A stretch of DNA of 64,000 nucleotides from an uncultured Gammaproteobacteria bacterium (GTDB lineage: Bacteria > Patescibacteriota > Patescibacteriia > Patescibacteriales > UBA12465), in contig CAYPAP010000001.1 of NCBI GenBank assembly GCA_964408775.1, forward strand, positions 153,524-217,523, in the 5' to 3' direction. A program made the translations under genes and the position numbers. The notes beneath the pieces are model-generated. The model was given only the letters and a program-made list of their open reading frames with translations. It searched no databases and was not told the origin of the DNA. This document shows positions 17,904 through 27,733 of the stretch, piece by piece (the first letter of the stretch is position 1; each line of letters begins with the position of its first letter).

Positions 17904-19469
17904 TTATTTCTTTTTATCACCACCAAAAATCTTTTTCCAAAAACCCTTTTTAATCTTACTATCTTTTCTTGAAACATCGTCGTCTCCAGGAGTATCAACT
18001 ACTTCTTGGTCCGGAATTTTTTGGTCAACCTTGTCTTTTCTAGCTTGCTCTGAAAGATCAATCGCTTCTTTCTCCAAATCTGCAAGATTAGGAACGCCCT
18101 TTTTAGCTACCCAAGGCTCCGGATTATCAATATCGCTTTTTTCAGCCTCTGCCCGTTCGTTTTTTACATCAGTATTAGGATTATTTTCAGAAATACCACT
18201 CACTCCCTTAATGTCCTCCTTCGCTATACTATCAGGACTAACTACTGCAGTTTCTTCCTGATTGTCAGCATTTTTTGTCTCTTTTATTTCGTCAGAAGTA
18301 TCGCCTAACTCAACTGGCTGGCTAACTGGTTTTTCGTAGTTGAGACCAGCTTTATCAGCGATGACAAAATATTCTCCTGCGGAATTTTCCAGGACAAGAT
18401 CTCCTGGGTGAACCAAGACGCTAGACGCTGCTTGATCTTTATAAATAGCACCTGTTTCAGCATCAATAAAATTAACTGGGGTATCACCAGACATAACATT
18501 GGTCATATTGTTTTCAACTGTTTTAGTAATAACACCAATTCCGTCACCTGGGTCAAAAACCTCAATCCTGGCAATATCACCAACTTCCTCTAGAATAGTG
18601 TCTAGTACATCATTATTAATTTTAGAGATATCAGCTCCGCTTCTTTCTAATTGGCTTTTTAACTCAATACTAGGGTCTACAACTAACTCTTTGTTGTCAA
18701 CCTTCCTTTCGTTATCCTGAGACGCTTCTACTGCTTTAAAAATTCCCAATCCAATAGCTGTAATCATAGTAGCGGCAATCGTCCATTTTAACTTAGGGTG
18801 CTTTCTAATAAACTCAAAGGTGCGCCCTCTTCTTTCTCTGTTTTCTTCTTCTTGACTGTCCTCCTGGTCATCTTCATAAACAACTTCTTGAACAACTTCT
18901 TGAATACCCTCTTGAGTGTCTTCTTGAAGATCTTCTTGAAAATCTTCTTGAGTATTTTCTTGAATATTTTCTTGATCACTTTCTTGAACATCTTCTTGAA
19001 TGCTCTCTTGAGTGTCTTCCTGAACTATCTCTTCTGTACCCTCCGTTACAAGCTCTTGATTATTATCCACCTGAATATCTAAATCATCGGGTTTCTTTTC
19101 TTTATCATTATCTAAATTGCCTTCTAAAAATCGAATTTCGTTTTCTTTTTCTATCATAACTTTTTCTAGCTCGGATTTTCCTCCGGGAAAATAAAAATTT
19201 GGATCCTTAAAGTTTTTATAATCATCAATCAATTGACTTCTTAAATCATTGATAGGCTTTTCAGCCTCCATTCTTCTTAAGCTATCCTCTTTCTCTAATA
19301 TAGCTTTTTCTAGCTCGGGCTTTCCTCCGGGAAAATAAAAATCTGGATCCTTAAAATTCTTGTAATCATTGGCCAACTCTTCCCTAATAGCAGCTATCGG
19401 GTCCTTTGGGACTTTTTCACCGTCCGCCTTATCACCACCGACTGGGCTATTGTTTTTTTCAAAATTCAT
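17904..19469 (-). CDS. Acidic repeat protein with one TM helix (unknown function)
   Basis: Duplicated DYKNFKDP(D/N)FYFPGGK(P/S)ELEK module, 13 x QE-type tetrapeptide repeats, TM WTIAATMITAIGLGIF, and a C-terminal acidic domain. Confidence 0.6.
   Translation of the reverse strand: MNFEKNNSPVGGDKADGEKVPKDPIAAIREELANDYKNFKDPDFYFPGGKPELEKAILEKEDSLRRMEAEKPINDLRSQLIDDYKNFKDPNFYFPGGKSELEKVMIEKENEIRFLEGNLDNDKEKKPDDLDIQVDNNQELVTEGTEEIVQEDTQESIQEDVQESDQENIQENTQEDFQEDLQEDTQEGIQEVVQEVVYEDDQEDSQEEENRERRGRTFEFIRKHPKLKWTIAATMITAIGLGIFKAVEASQDNERKVDNKELVVDPSIELKSQLERSGADISKINNDVLDTILEEVGDIARIEVFDPGDGIGVITKTVENNMTNVMSGDTPVNFIDAETGAIYKDQAASSVLVHPGDLVLENSAGEYFVIADKAGLNYEKPVSQPVELGDTSDEIKETKNADNQEETAVVSPDSIAKEDIKGVSGISENNPNTDVKNERAEAEKSDIDNPEPWVAKKGVPNLADLEKEAIDLSEQARKDKVDQKIPDQEVVDTPGDDDVSRKDSKIKKGFWKKIFGGDKKK
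18881..19036. repeat. 13 tandem copies of a 12-bp unit (NNNTCTTCTTGA on the plus strand) inside the acidic-protein CDS
   Basis: Read directly: caacttcttgaa caacttcttgaa taccctcttgag tgtcttcttgaa gatcttcttgaa ... Encodes (I/V/D/T)QE(D/S/N) repeats on the minus strand. Confidence 0.85.
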
Positions 19470-19511
19470 ATAATTATTCTAAATTATTAAATAAAAGTGT
19501 ATATAAAAATT

Positions 19512-19868
19512 TTACTTATTAAAATTTCCCATAGCCTCTTTAATAAACTCATTTAAATCTTTTTTCAAGAGGTCTTGAAAATCTTTAATATCTGAAATTA
19601 TCAAGCCTTTAATTTCTACAAAATCAGGATTTTCAACAGAAATTAATTCTTCATATTTTTTTAGTCCCTCCGAGCTAAGATTTTCCAAAATAAATAAATT
19701 AACCCTATCGCTTAAGGCGTCTTCTAAAAAATGGCGGATCTCCTTGAGCTCCTGTTCTGTTTTCCCTAATAAATTTAAACTAGCTAACAAATCATTGACC
19801 ACTGAATTAAATTGGTCCAATAATTTTTCTTTTAATTTTTCCATAAAGAAGGTTTTAATTATAAACAA
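19512..19868 (-). CDS. Small helical hypothetical protein (true start possibly MEKLKEK at 19844)
   Basis: All-helical, charged. The pattern LS.EGLKKYEELI..ENPDFVEI...I.DFQDLLKKDLNEFIKE is recurrent in small CPR-type proteins. No assignable function. Confidence 0.45.
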   Translation of the reverse strand: MFIIKTFFMEKLKEKLLDQFNSVVNDLLASLNLLGKTEQELKEIRHFLEDALSDRVNLFILENLSSEGLKKYEELISVENPDFVEIKGLIISDIKDFQDLLKKDLNEFIKEAMGNFNK

Positions 19869-19970
19869 TAAATATTTAATAAAAACAAATTTATTATTGC
19901 TATTTTAATATTTTATATTTTTAATAAATAGTACCGTAATTATAACATTTTTTTTAAAAAAAGTCAATAT

Positions 19971-22049
19971 TTAATCGGTCTCTGGGGTTATTTCTGGGCT
20001 ATCTTCAATATCAATTTCATCTCCGCCAAAATACCAGCGCAAAATATCTCCAGCGATAGAGGCTGCAATTCGACTTCCGTCACCGCCCTCCTCAACTAAA
20101 ACAGTTAGTACTATTTCAGGATTATGATAAGGAGCAAAGGATGTAAACCAAGCGTGATTTGATTTGTTTGATTGCCATTGAGCTGTTCCGGTTTTACCAG
20201 CAATTTCTACTGGCAAATAATTTAAACGTCTAGCACTACCGCTAATAATAGTTTGACGCATGCCCTCTCTTGTAATTTGAATGTTTTTATCACTGATAAA
20301 CCCTTGTCCGATAATTTCTGGCTCAGTCTTTCTAAGTGGCTGACCCTCTTCTAATAAAACCTCTTTTACTAAATAGGGTCTATAAAGTTTTCCGCTATTA
20401 GCAAAAAAGGCTGTAAAGTTAGCCACTTGCAGAGGTGTTGTTAAAATATCTCCTTGCCCGATAGAAACATGGTAGGTATTACCAATATACCAACTCTCAC
20501 CTCGAGTTTCACTTTTCCACTCTGGCGTTGGAATAAAGCCAACAGCTTCTTGTGATAAATCTATTCCGCTTTGTCGGCCTATGCCAAAAAAGGCTAAATA
20601 TTCAACAATTTTATCAATACCCAACCCTTTAAACTTATCATAACCACCGCCGATGAAATAAAAAAAAGTATTAACTGATTCGGCAATGGCTTTTCGAACA
20701 TTGGTTGGACCATGGCCTCCAGCCTTCCAATCTGGAAATCTCCATGATCCAACTGAAATACCTCCATAACTATTTATAGTAGTATGCTCCGTTATAATGC
20801 CCTCCTCTAAAGCAGCCGCTGCAATAACTGGCTTAAGAGTTGACCCGGAGGGAAAATTACCACTAACTGCTCGATTGAATAAAGGTCTATTGGGGTTATT
20901 TGTTAGGTCACTATAATTAGCCTGGCTAATACCTCCCGAAAAAAGATTGTTATCGTAAGATGGCCAGCTAATTAATGTAAGAACCTCTCCAGTGCGAGGA
21001 TCTAGGGCCACCACTGAAGCTCTTTCCAATTTATTTAAAGACAAATAATCTGATAGAACTTCTTCTGATTTTTTCTGTAAATCGATGTCTATACTCAGAA
21101 CAATCCCATGGCCATCTTCTGGGGGAATCTGCGAAATAACTTTCTTTTCTCGCCCCAGAGCGTCTACTTCTACATATTTTTTCCCCTTAACTCCCTTTAA
21201 CTCATTTTCGTAAAAACTTTCCAGGCCTGACTTTCCAATATAATCAATTAAGGAATACTCATCTCCAAAAACCTCTAATTCCTTTTCCGAAATTTTTCCA
21301 GTATAACCAAGGAAATGGGATAAACTTAATAAATTACTCTGCGAACTTAAATAGTTTCTTTTTGCCTTTATGGACAATGAAACTCCCGGCATTTTTTCAG
21401 CTTCCAAGTGCAATGCCATGGCTGAATCATAATTAATGTTATCAAGTAAAAACAGGGGTCGATAAGATTCCAGAGATCCATATGGGATTTTATCCAGCTT
21501 ACCTTTTATTTCAAAAAAATAAGGACTATCATTAACAAGTTCTAAATCTAAATCATTACCAGAACCACTAACAAGCAGCGGCTTGTCTTCTTCTAATCCG
21601 GAAATTATAAGGGATAGGCGTCTAATAATTTGATCTCTCTCTAAATCTTCTCTGGGTAAATCAATTGGAGTGAGGTACAAAACAAAATTAGCCTCATTTT
21701 TAACAAGCGGTGTCATGTTTGAAGAATAAATTATTCCTCTTTTAGGTTCAATATTAACGACCTTGACCCTATTCCCCTCAGCCAATAAACGATACTCCTC
21801 CCCCTTAACCACCTGCAACCAGAACAAACGCAAAATTAAAAAAGAAAAGGTTATCGCCAAAAAAAACAAGATAACCCTAATCTTACTAAAGTCAAAACTC
21901 TTTCTCAAAACCTCCTTATCGTTTTCACCAAACAAAAAAGAGTCCTCCATCCAACCTATATGATAAAAAGAATCGCGCAGATTACCAAAGCGATATTTTT
22001 TCTCCTTAATTATAAAGGGGTCTTTATTTTTATTAAAATCAGCTTTCAT
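19971..22049 (-). CDS. Class B penicillin-binding protein (PBP2/FtsI-type transpeptidase)
   Basis: N-terminal TM; SxxK (GSTLKP), SxN (ESVN) and KTG (GKTGTA) motifs in the correct order. Confidence 0.85.
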   Translation of the reverse strand: MKADFNKNKDPFIIKEKKYRFGNLRDSFYHIGWMEDSFLFGENDKEVLRKSFDFSKIRVILFFLAITFSFLILRLFWLQVVKGEEYRLLAEGNRVKVVNIEPKRGIIYSSNMTPLVKNEANFVLYLTPIDLPREDLERDQIIRRLSLIISGLEEDKPLLVSGSGNDLDLELVNDSPYFFEIKGKLDKIPYGSLESYRPLFLLDNINYDSAMALHLEAEKMPGVSLSIKAKRNYLSSQSNLLSLSHFLGYTGKISEKELEVFGDEYSLIDYIGKSGLESFYENELKGVKGKKYVEVDALGREKKVISQIPPEDGHGIVLSIDIDLQKKSEEVLSDYLSLNKLERASVVALDPRTGEVLTLISWPSYDNNLFSGGISQANYSDLTNNPNRPLFNRAVSGNFPSGSTLKPVIAAAALEEGIITEHTTINSYGGISVGSWRFPDWKAGGHGPTNVRKAIAESVNTFFYFIGGGYDKFKGLGIDKIVEYLAFFGIGRQSGIDLSQEAVGFIPTPEWKSETRGESWYIGNTYHVSIGQGDILTTPLQVANFTAFFANSGKLYRPYLVKEVLLEEGQPLRKTEPEIIGQGFISDKNIQITREGMRQTIISGSARRLNYLPVEIAGKTGTAQWQSNKSNHAWFTSFAPYHNPEIVLTVLVEEGGDGSRIAASIAGDILRWYFGGDEIDIEDSPEITPETD

Positions 22050-22133
22050 TGTTTTGTGTTTTTAGTGTCTTTATTTTATACAATTATAACAAATATGCAA
22101 AACAATAACAAACGAGCATGAAAATACAACGAG

Positions 22134-22162
22134 TTGAAAAATTACCTTTAAAATGATACTAT
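22134..22162 (+). promoter_or_regulatory. Sigma70-like promoter for polA (possibly giving a leaderless mRNA)
   Basis: TTGAAA-17 nt-TACTAT; the -10 ends only 6 nt before the polA ATG at 22169. Confidence 0.4.
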
Positions 22163-22168
22163 ATTTCT

Positions 22169-24961
22169 ATGAATAATAAAGTAATAATCATAGACGGAAA
22201 CGCCATAATTCATCGCAGTTTTCACGCCCTACCAACAACTTTGGCGACAAAGGATGGCTTAATAACCAACGCTGCTTACGGCTTTGCCTCTTTTTTAATT
22301 AAAGCCCTAAGCGAGTTTAAACCTGAATATGCTATCCTAACCCTAGATAAGAAGGCCCCTACTTTTAGGCATAAATCATACGAAAAATATAAGGCTACTA
22401 GAGTAAAGGCTCCCCAGGAATTATACGACCAAATCCCCCTAGTTAAAAAAATAGCCTCTGCCTTTTCTCTGCCCATCTTTGAATTGGACGGATACGAAGC
22501 TGATGATTTAATAGGAACTATTGCTGGAAAAATAAGAAAAGAAGATCCAAAAAAAGAAGTTATTATTATGACTGGTGATCTTGACACTCTGCAATTAGTA
22601 AACAATAAAACCAAGGTTTATACTATGAGTCGAGGCTTGTCCGACCCAATCTTATACGACATCGATAAAATAAAAGAAAGATTCGAGTTAGATCCTAAAC
22701 AACTAATAGACTTAAAGGCCTTAAAGGGCGACGCCAGTGACAATATTCCTGGAGTAGCCGGAATCGGAGAAAAAACTGCCACCGAATTATTAAAAAATTT
22801 TTCTACATTAGATAATATTTACAAAAATATAAACAGCCCTAAAATAAAAAACCGAACCAGAGAATTACTCACTAAAGACAAAGGGATGGCCTATTTAAGC
22901 CAAGAATTAGGGACAATTATGCTAGAAGCCCCTATTACTTTTGAATTAGCAGACGCTAAATTAAAAAATCTAGACAAGCAAATTATTAATGATGTTTTTA
23001 GTGAACTAGAATTCAAATCACTCTTGCCTCGAGTGTTGTCTTTGGAAAACAATAAAAATAATACCGAAAAAAATATTGATAAATTTACTAGAAATAAAAA
23101 AGCTTTTAATTACCAATTAATAAACGATGAAAAAAGCTTCCAGGCTTTTTTAAAAAAAATTAAAGGTCAGAAAATAATATCCTTAGACACCGAAACAACC
23201 TCAATTGACGCTCTATCAGCCAAACTTTTAGGGATAAGTTTTTCATGGAAAAAAGACGAAGCTTATTTCATAAGCATTAAAGACGACCAATCAGATCGAC
23301 ACAAAACCGCTAGCCTGTTTGATAAAAACGAAGAAAAAAACATCTCTCCATGGTTAAAAGAATTAAAAAAAATAATAGAAGACGAAACAATAGAAAAAAT
23401 TGGACACAATATTAAATACGATTTACAAGTATTAAAAAATTATAATATAGAAATTAAAGGCAGTCTTTTTGATACCATGATCGCTTCTTACTTGCTTAAT
23501 CCAGAAAATCGTCAGCACAATTTAGACTCCCTATCTTTTTCAGAGCTAAACTGGGAAAAAATAAGTAGCGATGATTTGTTCCCCGATAAAAAACAGACCA
23601 AAGATTTTTCCCAAGTAGATCTAAACAAACTTTATCTCTACGCCTGCGAAGATGCTGATTGTGTTTTCAAACTAAAAGCCGTGTTAGAAAAGAAATTAGA
23701 TCAAAATAATTTAAAAAAATTATTTTATGACCTGGAAACCCCTTTAATAAAGATTTTGGCCAATCTAGAAAGAAATGGAATCGCCTTGGATGTTAATTTT
23801 TTAAAAAATTTGGGTCAAGATATACACATTGAAATTGAAAAAATCAGAAAAAAGGTTTTCAAGTTAGCCGGTGAAGACTTTAATTTAAATTCGACTAAAC
23901 AATTAAAAGAAATTTTATACGAAAAAATGGAAATTAGCTCTCAAGGCATCAAAAAAACGAAAACTGGGTTCTCTACTGCCAGTGAAGAATTAGAGAAAAT
24001 AAAACACCTAAACCCAATTATTGAATTAATCCAAGAGTACCGAGAATTAAATAAATTAACATCTACCTATATCGACGCTCTACCTGAATTAATAAGCAAG
24101 GAAACCAAAAGAATACATACTAGCTTTAATCAAACCATCACAGCTACTGGCAGGCTGTCATCTTCCGATCCTAACTTGCAAAATATTCCGACTAAAACAG
24201 ATTTAGGACATAAAATTAGGCAAGCCTTTATAGCCCCGAAAGGAAAACTACTATTAAGCCTAGATTATTCTCAAATTGAACTACGTGTCATGACTCACTT
24301 ATCTAAAGACAAAAAATTAATTGAGGCTTTTAATAAAAATGTCGATATTCACCAGGCCACCGCTGCCAATATTAATAAAATAAAATTAGAGGAAGTTAAC
24401 GAGGATCTGCGCCAGCAAGCCAAAGCTATAAACTTCGGTATTCTTTATGGGCAGGGACCACATGGTCTTAGTCAAGGAGCTAATATTCCCTATCAACAAG
24501 CTCAAGATTTTATTAAAAAATATTTTGAAACCTACACTGGAGTTAGAAAGTTTATTGAAAAAACAATAGCTTCATCCGAAGAAAAGGGATATACTGAAAC
24601 AATTATGGGCAGAAAAAGGGCTCTTTTAGAAATAAATTCGACCGAAATAATGAAAAAAAAGGCGGCCGAAAGAATGGCTATAAACAGCCCCATTCAAGGA
24701 AGCGCCGCTGACATAATTAAAATAGCTATGATAAAAATATTTAAAGAAATTGACGAGATGAATTTGGAGGATTCTGATATTAAAATGCTTCTTCAGGTTC
24801 ATGACGAGTTGATTTTTGAAATAAAAGAAGATAAAATAGATTATTACTACAAGAAGATAAAAGAAATAATGGAAAATGTAATGAAATTAGAAATACCATT
24901 GATAGCCGAAGCTTATTATGGGAAAAATTGGGGTCAAATGGAGAAAATAAAAAATGGCTAA
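22169..24961 (+). CDS. polA: DNA polymerase I
   Basis: 5'-nuclease N-terminus (IIDGNAIIHRSFHA), a 3'-5' exo-like middle domain, and pol motifs A DYSQIELRV, B RQQAKAINFGILYG, C QVHDELIFE. Confidence 0.95.
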   Translation: MNNKVIIIDGNAIIHRSFHALPTTLATKDGLITNAAYGFASFLIKALSEFKPEYAILTLDKKAPTFRHKSYEKYKATRVKAPQELYDQIPLVKKIASAFSLPIFELDGYEADDLIGTIAGKIRKEDPKKEVIIMTGDLDTLQLVNNKTKVYTMSRGLSDPILYDIDKIKERFELDPKQLIDLKALKGDASDNIPGVAGIGEKTATELLKNFSTLDNIYKNINSPKIKNRTRELLTKDKGMAYLSQELGTIMLEAPITFELADAKLKNLDKQIINDVFSELEFKSLLPRVLSLENNKNNTEKNIDKFTRNKKAFNYQLINDEKSFQAFLKKIKGQKIISLDTETTSIDALSAKLLGISFSWKKDEAYFISIKDDQSDRHKTASLFDKNEEKNISPWLKELKKIIEDETIEKIGHNIKYDLQVLKNYNIEIKGSLFDTMIASYLLNPENRQHNLDSLSFSELNWEKISSDDLFPDKKQTKDFSQVDLNKLYLYACEDADCVFKLKAVLEKKLDQNNLKKLFYDLETPLIKILANLERNGIALDVNFLKNLGQDIHIEIEKIRKKVFKLAGEDFNLNSTKQLKEILYEKMEISSQGIKKTKTGFSTASEELEKIKHLNPIIELIQEYRELNKLTSTYIDALPELISKETKRIHTSFNQTITATGRLSSSDPNLQNIPTKTDLGHKIRQAFIAPKGKLLLSLDYSQIELRVMTHLSKDKKLIEAFNKNVDIHQATAANINKIKLEEVNEDLRQQAKAINFGILYGQGPHGLSQGANIPYQQAQDFIKKYFETYTGVRKFIEKTIASSEEKGYTETIMGRKRALLEINSTEIMKKKAAERMAINSPIQGSAADIIKIAMIKIFKEIDEMNLEDSDIKMLLQVHDELIFEIKEDKIDYYYKKIKEIMENVMKLEIPLIAEAYYGKNWGQMEKIKNG

Positions 24962-24969
24962 AATTTAAT

Positions 24970-25254
24970 TCAGCCACTTCTCACCTCGTTTCTAATTTTA
25001 GAAGCGTTGAGGCAAAAATTGTTTTTTTTAAAATTACTTTTTCTATAGAAACCTTTTAGTACTACAAGCAAGAAGACCAACACAAAAGGAAGAAGAGGAA
25101 GCAACAACAAAAAAAATATAACTCTCCTTCTAATTTTACTAACTTGTATTTTGGCCTTTGCTAGTTGAAATTGACTAATTTTTAAATAACCCCTGGTAAA
25201 AAGGAAATCTACAAAAAAATTTCCAAATAAAATTGTGCTGAAAAGAACGAGCAT
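24970..25254 (-). CDS. Small two-TM hypothetical membrane protein
   Basis: Canonical SD (AAGGAGG, 5 nt spacer) before the ATG, which is rare in this window; two hydrophobic segments. No homology recognisable. Confidence 0.4.
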   Translation of the reverse strand: MLVLFSTILFGNFFVDFLFTRGYLKISQFQLAKAKIQVSKIRRRVIFFLLLLPLLPFVLVFLLVVLKGFYRKSNFKKNNFCLNASKIRNEVRSG

Positions 25255-25312
25255 AGGTACCTCCTTTTTTAGAAATTTTATTATATTTTATCATATTTAA
25301 ATAAAAAATAAA

Positions 25313-26629
25313 ATGACTACAAAATTAAACGAAAAAATAGCGCTACTAGGACTAGGCTTAGAAAACAAGGCCCTACTAGACTTTTTATATAAGAAACACA
25401 AGAACTTAGACATAACTATTTGTGACGCCAGGAAAGTATCTGAAATCAAAAAAAGATTCCCAGAAATAAAAAATTACAAAAATATAAAATGGCAAACCGA
25501 ATTGAAATATAAAAGTAATTTAGAAAACTTTTCCCTATTATTCCGTTCTCCAGGCTGGCCAATTTCCTGCCCCCAAATACAAAGTGCCTTAAAAAGTGGT
25601 TCGACTTTATCCAGTCCTATGAATTTATTTTTTGAGCTCTGTCCTAGTAAAAATATTGTTGGGGTAACAGGAACCAAGGGAAAAGGAACAACCGCCTCTT
25701 TGATCCATGAAATAATAAAAAAATCCGGAAAAAATTGTTTTTTAGGTGGAAATATCGGAATAGCCCCATTTAAGTTTATTCAAAAAATTAAAGAAAATGA
25801 TTGGGTGGTTTTAGAATTATCCAGCTTTCAATTAGAAGATTTGAAATATAGCCCCAAGATAGCTGTTATAACTAATCTTTTTAAAGAGCACTTGTCTCCA
25901 GCCGACCCCATCAATCCAAATTTTCACAAAAACATAGACACATATTTTTCCGCTAAACTGAATATCGCCTTAAAACAAAAAAATAATGATTTTTTAATTA
26001 TTAATGAGAAGCTGAAAGGCAATATTAAAAAATATCCAATTAAAAGCAAAAAGATATGCTTTAAAAAGTCAGAAACTCCTAGCAAATTAGTTGGTGATTT
26101 TAATAAAGAAAATATTTCTGCTAGCGAAAAAGTTGCTGAAATATTAAAGATAAATAAAAAAACAATCAAGGGGGTTATTAAAAATTTTTCTAACTTAAAC
26201 CATCGACTAGAGTTAGTAAAAACTATAAACGAAGTTAAATATTTTGATAATAGTTTTGCCACTACCCCCGAAAGCACTATTCTCGATTTAAAATCTTTCC
26301 AGAAAAATATAATTTTGATTGCCGGTGGAGCTGACAAGGGAGCTGATTTTTCTAATCTAGCTAAAGAAATAAAAAAAAGAATTTCATTGCTAATACTTTT
26401 TCCAGGAGCTGGGACAGAAAGAATAAAATCAGAATTAAAAAAAATAAAATTCCCTACCAACAAAATGATAATAGCTCAAAACATGCCAGAGGCAGTAAAC
26501 TTCTCAAAAAATAAGGCCAAAAAGGGAGATGTTGTTCTGCTTTCTACTGCCTGTGCCAGCTTCGGCTTATTTAAAAACTACAAGGAAAGAGGAGATCTCT
26601 TCCAATCTGCGGTTAAAAAATTGAAATAA
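25313..26629 (+). CDS. murD: UDP-N-acetylmuramoylalanine--D-glutamate ligase
   Basis: Mur-ligase P-loop GVTGTKGKGTTASL, NLFKEHL, and the C-terminal domain GGADKGADF. Confidence 0.85.
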   Translation: MTTKLNEKIALLGLGLENKALLDFLYKKHKNLDITICDARKVSEIKKRFPEIKNYKNIKWQTELKYKSNLENFSLLFRSPGWPISCPQIQSALKSGSTLSSPMNLFFELCPSKNIVGVTGTKGKGTTASLIHEIIKKSGKNCFLGGNIGIAPFKFIQKIKENDWVVLELSSFQLEDLKYSPKIAVITNLFKEHLSPADPINPNFHKNIDTYFSAKLNIALKQKNNDFLIINEKLKGNIKKYPIKSKKICFKKSETPSKLVGDFNKENISASEKVAEILKINKKTIKGVIKNFSNLNHRLELVKTINEVKYFDNSFATTPESTILDLKSFQKNIILIAGGADKGADFSNLAKEIKKRISLLILFPGAGTERIKSELKKIKFPTNKMIIAQNMPEAVNFSKNKAKKGDVVLLSTACASFGLFKNYKERGDLFQSAVKKLK

Positions 26630-26630
26630 T

Positions 26631-27650
26631 ATGATAATATTTTTTTACGGAGAAAACGACTTCAAAATAAAGCAAAGAGCTCAGGAGTTAGAGTTGAAAT
26701 TTACAAAAGAAATAGACCCCAGTGGACATAATATTTTTAAATTTGACGGCGCTGGCTCTAAGTCTGAGGAAATTTTAGGCCAAATTGGAAGTGGCTCTCT
26801 TTTTTCTAATAAAAAAATGGTGGTAATTAGTAATCTAATAAAAAGCAAACAAAAAAATATTTTTAAAAATATTTTGGGCTACCTAGAAAATAATAAAATA
26901 AGTGCCTCTAATGACATCTATATTTTTTTAGAAAAAAATATAAAAAGCAAAACTGGAGGAAGCCTAACAAAGAATGTTTCTGATCGAGAAAACCCTTTAA
27001 ACAAAGAAGAAAAGGAATTATACAATTTTCTTTACCGCCAAAAATACAGCCAGGAATTTAAAAATTACACTCCGGGAGAATTAAGTGAATTGATAAAAAA
27101 AGAATTTTCTAATTACTCTCTAAAAATAGCCCCCAAGGAAATCCAATTATTAGCAGCTCTAAACGATAATAATCCCTGGAATATTTATAGCGAAATTAAA
27201 AAAATAGCCAACTTTAAAATTGGTCAAAAAATCGATCAACAAATAAGCTCTGAGGACATAGAAAAAATAGGCTCAGGAATTTTTACAGAAAATATTTTTA
27301 GCTTTACCGACGCTATTTCTGCTAAAAACACCAAGGGAGCTTTAAAAATACTAGAGGAACAATATTTAGCCGGATCTGAACCAGATTATATTTTATCCAT
27401 GCTGCTTAGACAATTTAAAATTCTACTTCAAATAAGAGAGCTTCTAGATTTAAACTATAACTCCAGTAAAATAACATCCTCTATAAAACTACACCCCTTC
27501 ATAATCAGTAAGGGAATCAATCAAGCTAAAAACTTTGAACAAAAAACAATAAAAATAATAATCAATGAATTATCTAAAATGGAACTACAAAATAGAAAGG
27601 GACAAAGTGATATTAAAATAAATATAAATTTACTCTTAAGCAAGATATAG
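26631..27650 (+). CDS. holA: DNA polymerase III delta subunit-like
   Basis: 339 aa; N-terminal IIFFYGENDF...FSNKKMVVI and a C-terminal helical domain typical of HolA. Sequence is divergent. Confidence 0.65.
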   Translation: MIIFFYGENDFKIKQRAQELELKFTKEIDPSGHNIFKFDGAGSKSEEILGQIGSGSLFSNKKMVVISNLIKSKQKNIFKNILGYLENNKISASNDIYIFLEKNIKSKTGGSLTKNVSDRENPLNKEEKELYNFLYRQKYSQEFKNYTPGELSELIKKEFSNYSLKIAPKEIQLLAALNDNNPWNIYSEIKKIANFKIGQKIDQQISSEDIEKIGSGIFTENIFSFTDAISAKNTKGALKILEEQYLAGSEPDYILSMLLRQFKILLQIRELLDLNYNSSKITSSIKLHPFIISKGINQAKNFEQKTIKIIINELSKMELQNRKGQSDIKININLLLSKI

Positions 27651-27676
27651 GTTGAAAAAATAATTTTTTGCAATTT

Positions 27677-27703
27677 AAAAAGTGAACCCAGGTTCACTTT
27701 TTT
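27677..27703. terminator. Bidirectional intrinsic terminator between convergent holA and the prs-like gene
   Basis: aaaaaGTGAACccagGTTCACtttttt. Confidence 0.7.
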
Positions 27704-27733
27704 GTTAGCGCTTTTATTTTTCTGATTTAACCG

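Noticed and set aside
18881-19036. Possible CRISPR array (regular short repeats)
   Set aside because: The period is only 12 bp with no spacers, the repeats lie inside an intact ORF, and no cas genes are present.
18788-19082. Lys/Phe-rich and Leu/Phe/Asn-rich ORFs over the 12-bp repeat
   Set aside because: They are products of alternative frames of the tandem repeat. The acidic frame is continuous with a 521-aa ORF and is the coding one.
25924-26463. 179-aa minus-strand ORF inside murD
   Set aside because: It is antisense to murD. Long stop-free antisense frames are expected in AT-rich coding sequence.
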